A stretch of 64,000 nt of DNA from Peptococcaceae bacterium (GCA_018334055.1 JAGXSS010000108.1:834-64833); one strand, 5' to 3'; shown: positions 36,686 through 47,382, counted from the stretch's first letter. Notes: a model not told the origin generated them from the letters alone. Made by a program: numbers and translations.

Positions 36686-38749
36686 ATGGCGGAATATCTA
36701 GTAATTGTGGAGTCACCTGCCAAAGCGAAAACTATCGCGAAGTACCTAGGTCGACAATATACGGTGAAGGCCTCTTTTGGGCATCTGCGTGATCTGCCAA
36801 AGAGTCAACTTGGAGTGGATGTCGAACAAGACTTTGCCCCTAAATACATCACCATCAGGGGCAGGGGAGAGTTGCTTAAAGAGCTGAAGACGTCTGCACG
36901 CAAGGCGACATTGGTCTACTTGGCGACTGACCCGGATCGAGAGGGCGAGGCCATCTCGTGGCATCTAGCGCAGGCTCTTGAACTAGACACCACCGTGCCT
37001 TGTAGGGTTACGTTTAACGAGATTACTAAAGGTGCGGTGCAAAAGGCATTTAAGGAGCCGCGCGAGATAGCGGCCTTGGTTGTCAGCGCCCAACAAACTA
37101 GGCGCATTCTCGATCGCATTGTGGGTTACAAACTCTCGCCGTTGCTTTGGGCGAAAGTAAAAAAGGGACTAAGCGCCGGGCGCGTGCAATCGGTGGCTGT
37201 GCGGCTCATTGTTGACAGGGACATGGAGATCGCGGCCTTTGTTCCGGAAGAATACTGGAGTCTTACGGCGGGTCTCAAGACGAGTGAGGGCAAGCCTTTT
37301 CAAGCCACTCTAAGCAATAGGGATGTCATTAACGAGAGCGAAATGCAAAAAATCATGGCGGACCTTGCCGATAAAATTTTTGTGGTTGCTAGTGTAAAGA
37401 AGAGCCAAAGAGAGCGCAAACCAGCGCCGCCATTTACAACGAGCACCCTCCAACAAGAAGCTTCGCGCAAGCTTGGGTTTACTGCCAAGCGCACCATGCG
37501 CTTGGCACAATCATTGTACGAGGGCATCGAACTTGGCAAGGAAGGCTCAGTGGGGCTAATCACCTACATGCGCACCGACAGCACGAGGCTTAGCGGCACG
37601 GCCATTGGGGGCGCAGCCACATATATCAAGGCGCGTTATGGCGATGAATATCATGAGGCGCGCCAATTCTCCGGCAAAAATGGCTCTCAAGATGCCCATG
37701 AGGCCATTCGCCCCTCATATGTTGAACGAGACCCAGAACAGCTTAAGGACATGCTCAGCAAGGAGCATTACCGGCTGTACAAGCTCATCTATGAACGGTT
37801 TATTGCTTCACAGATGTCGGTCGCTGTTTTCGCCCAGGTGCATGTAGAGATTAGCGCGGGGGAATACAGTTTTAAGGCCCATGGTTCGCGTCTGGTATTC
37901 CCGGGATTCATGGCCGTCTATAGTGAGAGCCTCGACAAGGAAGAAGACGAGGGTTCATCTCTGTTGCCCGAGCTCACCGCGGGGCAGACCCTAGCGCTTA
38001 GTAAGCTATTGCCCAAGCAACATTTTACCGAACCCCCCCCCTCGTTCACAGAAGCCAGCCTCATCAAATTACTTGAAGAGGAGGGCATAGGGCGACCTAG
38101 TACTTATGCGCCCATCATTGATACCATAGTGGACCGTGGATATGTGACCAAAGAAAAAAAGAAATTCGTCTCCACGGAACTTGGACAGGTGGTCACTCGT
38201 ATACTTAAGGAGTACTTCCCGGGGATAGTCGAGGTGGAGTTTACTGCCAAGATGGAGGGGCAACTTGATGCGGTAGAGCAGGGGAACGCCAAGTCGCTCG
38301 ATGTCTTGCGGGAGTTTTATTCTCCCTTCGCCAATCAACTGTCTCATGCCTTTTCCAGTATGGAAAAAATTTCTGTGGCCGACGAAGAGTCAGATCAAAA
38401 TTGTGAGCTATGTGGGCGGCGCATGGTGTTCAAGATGGGGCGATTCGGCAAATTCCTTGCTTGCCCAGGTTTTCCAGAGTGTCGCAACACAAAGCCGATC
38501 TTAACAGAAACGGGAGCGATTTGCCCATTGTGCCAAGGAAAGATAGTAGAGCGGCGTAGCAAGAAAGGCAGGCTATTTTATGGCTGTGGGAATTATCCGA
38601 CCTGCCTCTTTGTTTCCTGGAACAAACCATCGACACAGATATGCGCGAAGTGCGGGGCTTTCACGGTGGAGAAAAAGAACCGCCGCGGTGAAAAGGTCTT
38701 TGTTTGCGCCAACCCTGCCTGCGGTGCCAAACAGGAGGAACGGTCTTGA
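36686..38749 (+). CDS. topA: DNA topoisomerase I
   Basis: LVIVESPAKAKTI, ATDPDREGEAI, SAGRVQS, LITYMRTDS, QDAHEAIRP, C-terminal Zn-ribbon repeats. Confidence 0.99.
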   Translation: MAEYLVIVESPAKAKTIAKYLGRQYTVKASFGHLRDLPKSQLGVDVEQDFAPKYITIRGRGELLKELKTSARKATLVYLATDPDREGEAISWHLAQALELDTTVPCRVTFNEITKGAVQKAFKEPREIAALVVSAQQTRRILDRIVGYKLSPLLWAKVKKGLSAGRVQSVAVRLIVDRDMEIAAFVPEEYWSLTAGLKTSEGKPFQATLSNRDVINESEMQKIMADLADKIFVVASVKKSQRERKPAPPFTTSTLQQEASRKLGFTAKRTMRLAQSLYEGIELGKEGSVGLITYMRTDSTRLSGTAIGGAATYIKARYGDEYHEARQFSGKNGSQDAHEAIRPSYVERDPEQLKDMLSKEHYRLYKLIYERFIASQMSVAVFAQVHVEISAGEYSFKAHGSRLVFPGFMAVYSESLDKEEDEGSSLLPELTAGQTLALSKLLPKQHFTEPPPSFTEASLIKLLEEEGIGRPSTYAPIIDTIVDRGYVTKEKKKFVSTELGQVVTRILKEYFPGIVEVEFTAKMEGQLDAVEQGNAKSLDVLREFYSPFANQLSHAFSSMEKISVADEESDQNCELCGRRMVFKMGRFGKFLACPGFPECRNTKPILTETGAICPLCQGKIVERRSKKGRLFYGCGNYPTCLFVSWNKPSTQICAKCGAFTVEKKNRRGEKVFVCANPACGAKQEERS

Positions 38750-40071
38750 CTAAGGTGATTGTCATCGGGGGAGGACTGGCCGGGGTGGAAGCGACCTGGC
38801 AGTTGGTACGACAAGGCATTCCCGTTGAGCTTTTTGAGATGAGACCTCATTACAGCACCGGTGCCCATCATACCGGGTTCTTGGGTGAACTCGTTTGTAG
38901 CAACTCCTTGCGAGCGGTCGATATTGGCAATGCTGTTGGGTTACTAAAAGAAGAGATGCGCCGGTTGTCTTCCTTGGTGATGGAGGTCGCTCTAGAGACC
39001 CGTTTGCCAGCCGGAGGTGCATTGGCAGTAGATAGGCTCGAGTTCGCCGCGACCATCACGGAGACCTTGGAAAATCATCCCTTGGTGAGTATCCGCCGCG
39101 AGGAGGTGCAAGAGCTGCCCAAGAAGGGAATCGTCGTGGTGGCTTCCGGTCCCCTCACCTCGACTGCGCTTGCCTCCGATATTGGAGCTCTCCTCGGAGA
39201 AGAGTTTCTCTCATTTTTTGACGCGGCTGCTCCCATTGTTACCAAGGAATCGATCGATTTAAGCCGGGCTTTCTTTGCCTCCCGTTACGGCAAGGGTGAG
39301 GCGGATTATCTAAACTGTCCGCTCACCGAAGAAGAGTATGAAAGCTTCTTTACCGCCCTTTGCTCGGCAGAAAGGCAAAAGCTGAACTCCCTCGACAAGG
39401 AAAGCTTCTTCGAAGGATGTATGCCCATCGAGCATATGGCCGAGCGCGGCCGTGACACTATGCTTTTTGGTCCGCTGAAACCAGTCGGCCTTGTGGACCC
39501 GCAAACCGGGAAGCGCCCCTTTGCGGTAGTGCAGTTGCGGCAGGATAACCGTGCCGGGACGTTGTACAACCTAGTGGGTTTTCAAACCAGACTCAAGTGG
39601 GGAGAACAAAAACGCGTCTTTTCCCTGATTCCCGCCCTAGCAAAAGCCGAGTTTGTCCGATTTGGAGTGATGCACCGCAATACATTCATCAACTCTCGGC
39701 AACTGTTGGCCCCTACTCTCCAGTACCATCAGCGAAAAGAGTTATTTTTTGCTGGTCAATTTACCGGCGTTGAAGGTTATGTAGAGTCGGCTGCCTCCGG
39801 CCTAGTGGCTGGCATTAATGCCGGTCGCGCTTTTCGGGGATTAGATCCTTTGGTGTTCCCAATAAATACTGCACATGGGGCGCTTCTTAATTACATCACC
39901 GATGCATCGCTTGCTACTTTTCAGCCTATGAATATCACTTTTGGATTGTTCCCTCCTTTAATGAACCCCCCGCGAGACCGCAAGCAGCGCAATCTGGCCT
40001 ATGGGCAGCGCGCCTTGCAGGAATTAGCAGATTTTTGCGACAAGAACTCCGTCTTGACTTGTGTCCTTTAG
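38746..40071 (+). CDS. trmFO: FAD/folate-dependent tRNA (uracil-54) methyltransferase TrmFO
   Basis: IGGGLAG.EA, ELVCSNS, FFDAAAP, FEGCMPIE, FGPLKPVG, GVMHRNTF, GVEGYVES; TTG 38746 after AGGAGG. Confidence 0.98.
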   Translation: MTKVIVIGGGLAGVEATWQLVRQGIPVELFEMRPHYSTGAHHTGFLGELVCSNSLRAVDIGNAVGLLKEEMRRLSSLVMEVALETRLPAGGALAVDRLEFAATITETLENHPLVSIRREEVQELPKKGIVVVASGPLTSTALASDIGALLGEEFLSFFDAAAPIVTKESIDLSRAFFASRYGKGEADYLNCPLTEEEYESFFTALCSAERQKLNSLDKESFFEGCMPIEHMAERGRDTMLFGPLKPVGLVDPQTGKRPFAVVQLRQDNRAGTLYNLVGFQTRLKWGEQKRVFSLIPALAKAEFVRFGVMHRNTFINSRQLLAPTLQYHQRKELFFAGQFTGVEGYVESAASGLVAGINAGRAFRGLDPLVFPINTAHGALLNYITDASLATFQPMNITFGLFPPLMNPPRDRKQRNLAYGQRALQELADFCDKNSVLTCVL

Positions 40072-40088
40072 GCTAAACGTGGTAAAAT
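40059..40088 (+). promoter_or_regulatory. Putative sigma-A promoter of xerC-codY
   Basis: TTGTGT-N18-TAAAAT with TG extended -10. Confidence 0.45.
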
Positions 40089-40105
40089 CGTGGTGGTGAT
40101 GTTAT

Positions 40106-40984
40106 ATGGAAAAACATATCAGCGGTTTTCTTCTGAACCTGTCTGCGGATAAAGGGTTTTCGCCGAAAACGATTGCGAGCTATGCCCACGATTTGGAGCA
40201 GTTCACGCACTTTTTTGGTGATGACAAGGACATCAAGGACGTTTCCCGGGTGGATATGCGGAGTTTCTTAGCCCATTTGTACAAACAGGGCTACGCAAAA
40301 AGCAGCGGAGCAAGGAAGATATCGTGTTTGCGTTCCTTTTTTGCCTACTTGCAGCGGGAACAAGTCATCGAAGGCAATCCTGCCCGTCAAATTTCCTTGC
40401 CTCGCCGAAGAAGAGCCTTGCCGCTTTTCTTGCACCGTCCCGACATGGAGAAGCTTCTTGCATCCCCTCAGGATTGCTTACTTGAACGGAGAGATCGCGC
40501 GCTTTTGGAATTGCTTTATGCTACCGGCTGTCGGGCTAGCGAAATCGTTAGCCTCAGGCTTGACTCCTTCGATTGGTACTCTCGTACCCTCAGAGTGATG
40601 GGCAAGGGCGGAAAGGAGCGACAGGTTCCCTTTGGGAGAATTGCGGGAGATTGTCTCTTGCGCTATCTGGAGGAAGTACGACCAAGGCTCTTGGCTAATC
40701 CTTATGTTGTTCATTTTTTTCTCAACTACTCGGGGCATCCCCTTTCGCAGCGGAGCATCGGGAGGATTCTTGATAAACACCTAAAGCGCACCAACTTGCC
40801 CGGGGAAACGGCCCCCCATAGCCTACGCCATTCTTTTGCCACTCACATGCTAGATAACGGAGCTGATTTGCGTTCTGTTCAGGAACTGCTAGGTCATTCT
40901 TCGGTATCTACGACGCAAATTTACACCCATGTGACTAGCGAAAGAATCAGGGCAGTGTACAACATGGCTCATCCCCGTGCGTAG
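40106..40984 (+). CDS. xerC: Tyrosine recombinase XerC (CodV)
   Basis: LLYATGCRASE, GKGGKER, HSLRHSFATH, QELLGH, TTQIYTH; conserved trmFO-xerC-codY synteny. Confidence 0.95.
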   Translation: MEKHISGFLLNLSADKGFSPKTIASYAHDLEQFTHFFGDDKDIKDVSRVDMRSFLAHLYKQGYAKSSGARKISCLRSFFAYLQREQVIEGNPARQISLPRRRRALPLFLHRPDMEKLLASPQDCLLERRDRALLELLYATGCRASEIVSLRLDSFDWYSRTLRVMGKGGKERQVPFGRIAGDCLLRYLEEVRPRLLANPYVVHFFLNYSGHPLSQRSIGRILDKHLKRTNLPGETAPHSLRHSFATHMLDNGADLRSVQELLGHSSVSTTQIYTHVTSERIRAVYNMAHPRA

Positions 40985-41077
40985 TTGAAACTAAGGAGTG
41001 TTCTCTGCCCGATTCGAGCGCGCCGGAAGCCGCGTTATTGTTTCCGAAAGAGAAATTTATAGACGGAGGTAAGTATT

Positions 41078-41851
41078 GTGAATTTTCTTGATAAGACTCG
41101 CCAATTGAACAAGGTGTTGCGGCAATCAGCCGGAGAGACGGTGAGGTTTAGCGACCTGGCACAGCTGTTTAGTCAGGTGTTTACTGCTAATGCCTATATC
41201 CTTAACACGCGGGGCAAGCTCCTCGGGGTTGCGCTCATTGACGAATATGATTGCGACCTCTTAAAGCGTCATGTCCGTTCCGGACGCTTCCCAGCTGATT
41301 ACAATGACAAGCTCATGGGCATCCATGAGAGCAACATCAATTGTCGGGAGACAGAGAGTTGCGTCTTTGATGAATCCGTATGCGAGCACACCAACAAGCT
41401 GACCAGCATTATCCCCATCGTTGGTAGGGGAGAACGGTTGGGAACACTGTTGATTGCGCGCTTCGATGAGCCCTTGAGTAGCGATGACGTGGCCCTAGCT
41501 GAGTTTGGCGCGACTATTTTGGCCATGGAACTTCTTCGGGCCAGACAAGAGGTCGCCAGTCAAGAGTCTCGCCAGCGCGCCGTCGTAGAGCTGGCAGTAG
41601 ACACCTTGTCGTATTCCGAGCTTGAGGCCATTGAGCACATTATGCGCGAATTAGGCAGTGAGCAAGAGGGTCTGCTCGTGGCGAGCAAGATCGCTGATCA
41701 GGCGGGGATAACTCGCTCGGTCATAGTCAATGCCTTGCGCAAGCTCGAGAGCGCCGGGGTAATTGTCAGTCGTTCCCTAGGCATGAAGGGCACCTATATC
41801 AAGGTATTGAATAACAAGCTACTCGAGGAATTAGCCAAAAAAGATCACTAA
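41078..41851 (+). CDS. codY: Global regulator CodY
   Basis: L.KTRQLN..L, GERLGTL, TLSYSELEA, VASKIAD..GITRSVIVNALRKLESAGVI.SRSLGMKGT. Confidence 0.98.
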   Translation: MNFLDKTRQLNKVLRQSAGETVRFSDLAQLFSQVFTANAYILNTRGKLLGVALIDEYDCDLLKRHVRSGRFPADYNDKLMGIHESNINCRETESCVFDESVCEHTNKLTSIIPIVGRGERLGTLLIARFDEPLSSDDVALAEFGATILAMELLRARQEVASQESRQRAVVELAVDTLSYSELEAIEHIMRELGSEQEGLLVASKIADQAGITRSVIVNALRKLESAGVIVSRSLGMKGTYIKVLNNKLLEELAKKDH

Positions 41852-41854
41852 AAG

Positions 41855-41883
41855 TTGCCTGTTGTTAATGGGTATGCTATACT
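41855..41883 (+). promoter_or_regulatory. Sigma-A promoter of rpsB-tsf
   Basis: TTGCCT-N17-TATACT with TG extended -10. Confidence 0.8.
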
Positions 41884-41889
41884 GACTTT

Positions 41890-41993
41890 CGGTGTTTAAA
41901 CTACACACGCACTCCGATGGGCAAAGGTGTGTCCCCGGCAGGGGATTCTTTCCTACATGACGGGTGCGGAGGAAAAACAAAGGAGGTATTACC
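41890..41993 (+). ncRNA. Ribosomal protein S2 (rpsB) leader, autoregulatory cis element
   Basis: ACACACGCAC...GGGTGCGGAGG matches the conserved ends of the S2 leader; lies between promoter and rpsB SD. Confidence 0.7.
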
Positions 41994-42692
41994 ATGGCAG
42001 TAGTCAGCATGAAACAACTGCTCGAGGCTGGTGTGCACTTCGGGCACCAAACGCGGCGTTGGAATCCCAAGATGGCTCCGTATATCTTTATGGAGCGCAA
42101 TGGCATCTACATTATCGACCTGCAAAAGACTGTTCGTAAGCTCGAGGAGGCTTATTCCTTCATCAAGAGCGTAATTAGAAATGGCGAGAGCATCCTCTTT
42201 GTGGGGACGAAGAAGCAGGCACAGGAGGCTGTGGTTGATGAAGCCGTCCGCTGTAACATGTTTTTCGTCAACCAGCGCTGGTTGGGTGGCACCCTCACTA
42301 ACTTCCAAACCATCGAGAAGCGGGTTAAGAGATTGCACGATCTCGAGCGCATGCGCGAAGATGGAACATTCTCGGCCTTACCCAAGAAAGAGGTAGTGAA
42401 CCTGTATAAAGAGATGGAGCGCTTAGAGAAATTTCTCGGGGGCATCAAAAAGATGCATGGGCTCCCCGGCGCCCTCTTTGTCATAGATCCGCGCAAGGAA
42501 AAGAACGCCATCGCCGAGGCGCGCCGACTGGGCATTCCCATTGTGGCGATCGTCGATACGAACTGTGACCCGGATGAAATCGACTACATTATTCCAGGCA
42601 ACGATGATGCTATTAGAGCCGTCAAGCTCATCACTGCGACCATTGCCGATGCAGTGCTGGAAGCACGGCAGGGCGAGCAACTGGCTGAATAG
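41994..42692 (+). CDS. rpsB: 30S ribosomal protein S2
   Basis: [47 protein letters not shown]. Confidence 0.99.
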   Translation: MAVVSMKQLLEAGVHFGHQTRRWNPKMAPYIFMERNGIYIIDLQKTVRKLEEAYSFIKSVIRNGESILFVGTKKQAQEAVVDEAVRCNMFFVNQRWLGGTLTNFQTIEKRVKRLHDLERMREDGTFSALPKKEVVNLYKEMERLEKFLGGIKKMHGLPGALFVIDPRKEKNAIAEARRLGIPIVAIVDTNCDPDEIDYIIPGNDDAIRAVKLITATIADAVLEARQGEQLAE

Positions 42693-42727
42693 CCGTTTTA
42701 TCTACAGGCAAGAAGGGAGCTCCTACT

Positions 42728-43348
42728 ATGGCCAAAATTGAAGCAAGTCTTGTTAAAGAACTCCGCGAACGCACTGGCGCAGGCATGATGGATTGCAAGA
42801 AGGCGCTCTCAGAGACTAGTGGTGACATGGAAAAAGCAGTGGAATTTTTGCGCGAGAAGGGCCTGGCCGCAGCCACTAAGAAATCTGGTCGCATCACCAG
42901 TGAGGGCATCGTCGAGTCATATATCCACGGTGGAGGGCGCATCGGCGTATTAGTCGAGATGAATTGCGAGACTGATTTCGTAGCGAAGAATGAAGATTTT
43001 CGCGCTTTGGTACGGGATATGGCTATGCAAATCGCCGCTGCTAACCCGCAGTACATCACCCGCGAGGAAGTGCCCACCCACATTATAGAACATGAAAAAG
43101 AAATACTCAGGGCTCAGGCCATCAACGAGGGGAAACCCGAGAAGATCATCGACAAAATGGTCGAGGGGCGGCTGGAGAAGTATTTTGCTGAGGTGTGCCT
43201 CATGGAGCAGAACTTCGTGCGGGAAGGCGATCAGAGCGTTAAAGAATATATTCAATCCAAGGTTGCCATTTTTGGTGAAAACATGGCGGTGCGCCGTTTT
43301 GCTCGCTTCCAAATGGGTGAAGGTCTGCAAAAGCGCTCTGAAGCTTAG
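42728..43348 (+). CDS. tsf: Elongation factor Ts (short form)
   Basis: [27 protein letters not shown]. Confidence 0.98.
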   Translation: MAKIEASLVKELRERTGAGMMDCKKALSETSGDMEKAVEFLREKGLAAATKKSGRITSEGIVESYIHGGGRIGVLVEMNCETDFVAKNEDFRALVRDMAMQIAAANPQYITREEVPTHIIEHEKEILRAQAINEGKPEKIIDKMVEGRLEKYFAEVCLMEQNFVREGDQSVKEYIQSKVAIFGENMAVRRFARFQMGEGLQKRSEA

Positions 43349-43350
43349 TG

Positions 43351-43379
43351 AAAAAGGAACACCTCGGTGTTCCTTTTTT
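43351..43379 (+). terminator. Intrinsic terminator after tsf
   Basis: AAAAAGGAACAC-ctcg-GTGTTCCTTTTTT. Confidence 0.85.
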
Positions 43380-43417
43380 CCGATGCGCATAATTGGGGTC
43401 TCAAAGGAGGGATAAGG

Positions 43418-44143
43418 ATGGACTGTCCTAAGTATCGTAGGGTGATCCTCAAGTTGAGTGGTGAGGCCCTTGCCGGGGAATTAGGTTACGGCATCAGCAG
43501 TGAAGTGATTGCTGCGGTGGCCGAGCAGCTAGTGGAAATCAGGCGACGTGGCGTGGAACTCGCCGTGGTTGTCGGTGGAGGCAATATTTGGCGTGGAGCT
43601 GTCGGCAGTGCCAAGGGCATGGACCGCGCTACAGCAGATTACATGGGTATGCTAGCCACAGTGCTCAACGCTCTCGCCTTGCAGGATGCTATTGAGAAAC
43701 TGGGGGTATCAACCCGGGTGCAGACGGCTATTGAGATGAGGGAGGTAGCAGAGCCTTATATTCGCCGCAAAGCCATCACCCATCTCGAAAAAGGATACAT
43801 TGTAATCTTTGCCGCCGGTACAGGTAACCCATATTTTTCTACAGACACCACCGCCGCCCTACGTGGGGCCGAAATTGGTGCAGAGATTATTCTAAAAGCA
43901 ACCCAGGTTGATGGTGTATACGATAGCGATCCTCGCAAGAACCCCGATGCCATACGATATACGGAATTGTCATACATCGATGTTTTACAGCAGAACTTAG
44001 GGATCATGGACGCCACGGCCACCTCTCTCTCCATGGTTAATAACATCCCGATATTGGTTTTTAGCCTGGAAGATGTTAACAATATCTCTCGTGCCGCGCT
44101 CGGCGAGGACATTGGAACATATGTAAGGAGGGACACTAAGTGA
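43418..44143 (+). CDS. pyrH: UMP kinase
   Basis: [36 protein letters not shown]. Confidence 0.99.
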   Translation: MDCPKYRRVILKLSGEALAGELGYGISSEVIAAVAEQLVEIRRRGVELAVVVGGGNIWRGAVGSAKGMDRATADYMGMLATVLNALALQDAIEKLGVSTRVQTAIEMREVAEPYIRRKAITHLEKGYIVIFAAGTGNPYFSTDTTAALRGAEIGAEIILKATQVDGVYDSDPRKNPDAIRYTELSYIDVLQQNLGIMDATATSLSMVNNIPILVFSLEDVNNISRAALGEDIGTYVRRDTK

Positions 44144-44697
44144 TCAAGGAGATTGTCAAGGAACTAGAAGATAAAATGAAAAAAACAGTGGTAGCCTTGC
44201 AGAAAGATCTCGGGGGACTCCGCGCAGGTCGGGCGAATCCCGGACTGTTAGAAAAAATTACTGTGGAATATTACGGTGTTCCCTCGCCCTTGGCTCAAGT
44301 GGCCACTATTACCGTGCCTGAGGCACGTTTGTTGGTCATTCAACCTTGGGATAAATCTCTGCTCAAGAGCATCGAAAAAGCTATTCAGAAGTCCGATCTC
44401 GGGCTAACTCCTAACACTGACGGCACAGTTATTCGCTTGACAATCCCGGCCTTAACACAGGAGCGCCGCAGCGAACTAGTTAAAGTGGCGAGAAAGAAGG
44501 CCGAAGACGGGCGTGTTGCCGTGCGACATCTGCGCCGTGATGGCAATGACATGATCAAAGAGCTAGAAAAAGACGGCGAAATTTCTGAAGATCAAGCTAA
44601 GAAAGCCCAGGAAGAAGTACAAAAGCTCACGGACAAGCACATCAAAGAAGTGGAAGAAGTTCTGCTCACAAAAGAAGCAGAAATCATGGAAATATAA
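44140..44697 (+). CDS. frr: Ribosome recycling factor
   Basis: [30 protein letters not shown]. Confidence 0.99.
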   Translation: MIKEIVKELEDKMKKTVVALQKDLGGLRAGRANPGLLEKITVEYYGVPSPLAQVATITVPEARLLVIQPWDKSLLKSIEKAIQKSDLGLTPNTDGTVIRLTIPALTQERRSELVKVARKKAEDGRVAVRHLRRDGNDMIKELEKDGEISEDQAKKAQEEVQKLTDKHIKEVEEVLLTKEAEIMEI

Positions 44698-44703
44698 CCC
44701 ATG

Positions 44704-44726
44704 ACCCCTCTCGCCAGGGGTTTTTT
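44704..44726 (+). terminator. Intrinsic terminator after frr
   Basis: ACCCCT-ctcgcc-AGGGGT followed by T run. Confidence 0.7.
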
Positions 44727-44743
44727 GATATAGGGGGAACAAC

Positions 44744-45457
44744 ATGGTTGATAAAATACCGCGTCATGTGGCTATTGTCATGGATGGCAATGGTCGTTGG
44801 GCACAGAAACGTGGTCTGCCACGGATGGCAGGGCATCGAGCTGGCTTATCGGCCGCTAGGATAGCAATTGAGGAGTGTGCCGCTCTTAATATACAGTACC
44901 TTACCTTGTATGCCTTCTCTACCGAAAATTGGCAGAGGCCGCGAGCAGAGGTAGAATATCTTATGAGCTTGCCGGAGGAATTTTGGCGCAAGGAACGCAA
45001 GTTCTTCGAGGAACGCGAATTGCGCTTAAATATTCTCGGTGATATGTCGGGTTTACCTGAAACAACTCGTCGGGTACTACTCGAGGCTATGTCTACCACT
45101 AATGAGCGCACCAAACTTACGGTAAACCTAGCCATGAACTATGGCGGGCGGGCCGAAATATTGCGCGCGGCCAAGCTCTATGCGCTGCGTTTCCCCGATG
45201 GGAGCGGTGATGAAAGTGCCTTTGCGAAGTGCCTCTACACTGCAGACATGCCCGACCCAGATTTGCTCATTAGATCCGGAGGGGAGAAGAGGCTGAGCAA
45301 TTTCCTCCTTTGGCAGTGCGCTTATGCGGAGATTGTATTCAGCGACACTTATTGGCCGGATTTTGGGGCTCGGCAATTTAGAGATGCTGTAGCAGAATTT
45401 CAGAAGCGCCAGCGCCGCCATGGAGGATTACTTGATAGGGGGGCCGGCCGTGATTAA
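44744..45457 (+). CDS. uppS: Undecaprenyl diphosphate synthase
   Basis: HVAIVMDGNGRWA, YAFSTENW, NYGGR, RSGGEKRLSNFLLWQ. Confidence 0.98.
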   Translation: MVDKIPRHVAIVMDGNGRWAQKRGLPRMAGHRAGLSAARIAIEECAALNIQYLTLYAFSTENWQRPRAEVEYLMSLPEEFWRKERKFFEERELRLNILGDMSGLPETTRRVLLEAMSTTNERTKLTVNLAMNYGGRAEILRAAKLYALRFPDGSGDESAFAKCLYTADMPDPDLLIRSGGEKRLSNFLLWQCAYAEIVFSDTYWPDFGARQFRDAVAEFQKRQRRHGGLLDRGAGRD

Positions 45458-46232
45458 ACGCATAATTACTGTCTTAGTGGCCCTACCCATCGCCGTACTG
45501 CTCACCTATGCGGGAGGACAGCCCTTCGCGCTTTTACTGGCAGTACTTGGTGTGCTGGCTATATATGAAGGGCGCAATTTGCTACTGGCGAACGAGATAC
45601 ATTTTTCGCGCTTAAACTACTTGTTCCCGGTTGCATATTTGGGCGCGATCTTGCTCGGTCTTGAAGACATGGCCCTACAGGTCGTGGTAAGTGGGGCAGT
45701 GGTTGTTCTGACTCGTCAACTGTTGGATTTCCCTAAATTCAATCTTGTATCAGCAGGGGCTAATTTGCTGATCATCTTATACCCGACACTTCTTCTTGGC
45801 AATATGTTGCTACTTCGCTTGCATGCCGGATGGGCATGGACCATCATTCCGCTGGTGGCGGTCTGGGTATATGACGCTGCGGCCTACGTTTTTGGCGTCA
45901 GGTTTGGTAGAATTAGAATGTGGACCTCCGTCTCTCCTAAGAAAAGTCTTGAAGGGGCCATGGCCGGTCTAGTATGTAGTTTGTTCGTCATACTATACAT
46001 GAGGAGCCATTTGAATATCGGTCTTGTGCCTGCCTTTTTCTTAGGTTTAGTCATTGCTTCCGCTGCTCATCTCGGAGACCTTGTCGAGTCGGCACTGAAA
46101 CGATACGCTAGGGTCAAGGATTCCGGAGCACTCTTTCCTGGGCACGGCGGGGTTCTGGATCGGCTTGACTCAATGATGTATGCCTCGGCGGTAGTATACT
46201 GGCTGTGGTCGGCGACTACAGGTATAGCATGA
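45450..46232 (+). CDS. cdsA: Phosphatidate cytidylyltransferase
   Basis: D.AAY.FG, SPKKS.EG, GDLVESALKR...VKDSG..FPGHGGVLDRLDS. Confidence 0.97.
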   Translation: MIKRIITVLVALPIAVLLTYAGGQPFALLLAVLGVLAIYEGRNLLLANEIHFSRLNYLFPVAYLGAILLGLEDMALQVVVSGAVVVLTRQLLDFPKFNLVSAGANLLIILYPTLLLGNMLLLRLHAGWAWTIIPLVAVWVYDAAAYVFGVRFGRIRMWTSVSPKKSLEGAMAGLVCSLFVILYMRSHLNIGLVPAFFLGLVIASAAHLGDLVESALKRYARVKDSGALFPGHGGVLDRLDSMMYASAVVYWLWSATTGIA

Positions 46233-47380
46233 AAAAGATCATCGTGCTTGGTTCCACCGGTTCGATAGGCAAAGCCACCCTCGATGTAGTGCTGAAGCAA
46301 CAGCAGTATTTGCAGGTGGTGGGTCTCGCTGTGGGCCAACAGTGCCAGCTGCTCATGGAGCAAGTGGCAGTTTTCCGTCCGCAATCGGTAGCGGTCCAAG
46401 ATATCCAGTGTGCGCTACGCCTGCGCGCGCTATATCCTGACCTAGTAATTTATAGTGGCCAAGACGCGGCGACCGAGCTGGTCCGAGAAACACCCTGCGA
46501 TGTGGTTGTAGCGGCTATCAGTGGGATGGCAGGCCTAGGTCCGATTGTAGCTGCCGCCGAACGCGGGCGATTGATAGCCTTGGCCAACAAGGAAAGCTTG
46601 GTTGCTGCCGGTGACCTTCTGATGACCCTGGCTAAGCAGCATGGTGCGGCTATACTGCCCGTAGATAGCGAGCACTCTGCCCTGTGGCAGGCCATGCTTG
46701 CTTGGCCACGTAGGGCGGTGAGCAAACTAATTCTAACCGCCTCGGGTGGTCCATTTGTCGGTCGGTCCAAGAAAGAACTGCAAGAAGTCACGGTGTCACA
46801 GGCCCTTGCCCATCCTACCTGGAAAATGGGAGGCAAAATTAGTATCGACTCAGCCACGCTGATGAACAAGGGTTTAGAAATTATCGAAGCGCATCATCTA
46901 TTCGAGTTTTCTTATGACGATATCGAGGTGCTAGTGCACCCTGAGAGCATTGTTCACTCCTTGGTGGAGTTTGTAGATGGGGCGCAAATGGCACAATGTA
47001 GTTATCCAGACATGCGTCTTCCTATCCAGCTGGCCCTGTCTTTTCCAGAGCGCTGGCCGGCGGACTATGTGGTCAATCGCTATGCGGGCACGTCATGGAG
47101 TTTTTCTGCACCTGACTTAAGCACTTTTCGCTGCCTGACGCTAGCAATTGAGGCTGGTAGGAGGGGAGGGGCCTATCCTACCGTGCTCAATGCCGCTAAT
47201 GAGGTGGCGGTGGCTAGTTTTTTGCGAGGGGAAACGGGTTTCCTGGCCATTGCCGAAGTGGTGGAGACGGTACTCGCCAAACAAATGCCAAAAAAAGCAG
47301 AGGCTTTATCTGAGGTCTTCGCCATTGATGAGTGGGCTCGCCGACAGACTGCTGCGACAATCAAACAGAGGGCGGTGTAG
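46229..47380 (+). CDS. dxr: 1-deoxy-D-xylulose-5-phosphate reductoisomerase
   Basis: LGSTGSIG, LANKESLV, PVDSEH, TASGGPF, HPTW.MG.KIS.DSA, NAANE. Confidence 0.99.
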   Translation: MKKIIVLGSTGSIGKATLDVVLKQQQYLQVVGLAVGQQCQLLMEQVAVFRPQSVAVQDIQCALRLRALYPDLVIYSGQDAATELVRETPCDVVVAAISGMAGLGPIVAAAERGRLIALANKESLVAAGDLLMTLAKQHGAAILPVDSEHSALWQAMLAWPRRAVSKLILTASGGPFVGRSKKELQEVTVSQALAHPTWKMGGKISIDSATLMNKGLEIIEAHHLFEFSYDDIEVLVHPESIVHSLVEFVDGAQMAQCSYPDMRLPIQLALSFPERWPADYVVNRYAGTSWSFSAPDLSTFRCLTLAIEAGRRGGAYPTVLNAANEVAVASFLRGETGFLAIAEVVETVLAKQMPKKAEALSEVFAIDEWARRQTAATIKQRAV

Positions 47381-47382
47381 AG

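Noticed and set aside
40106-40984. Tyrosine recombinase as a sign of an integrated mobile element or a flagellar inversion switch
   Set aside because: Sits in the conserved trmFO-xerC-codY context with no att repeats, cargo genes or inverted repeats; housekeeping XerC/CodV
41030-41095. Possible CodY box near the codY start
   Set aside because: The best candidates (TTGTTTCCGAAAGAG, AATTTTCTTGATAAG) have too many mismatches to AATTTTCWGAAAATT
43382-43409. GATGCGCATAAT resembling the left arm of E. coli dif
   Set aside because: No XerD arm follows; more likely the CATAAT -10 region of a pyrH promoter
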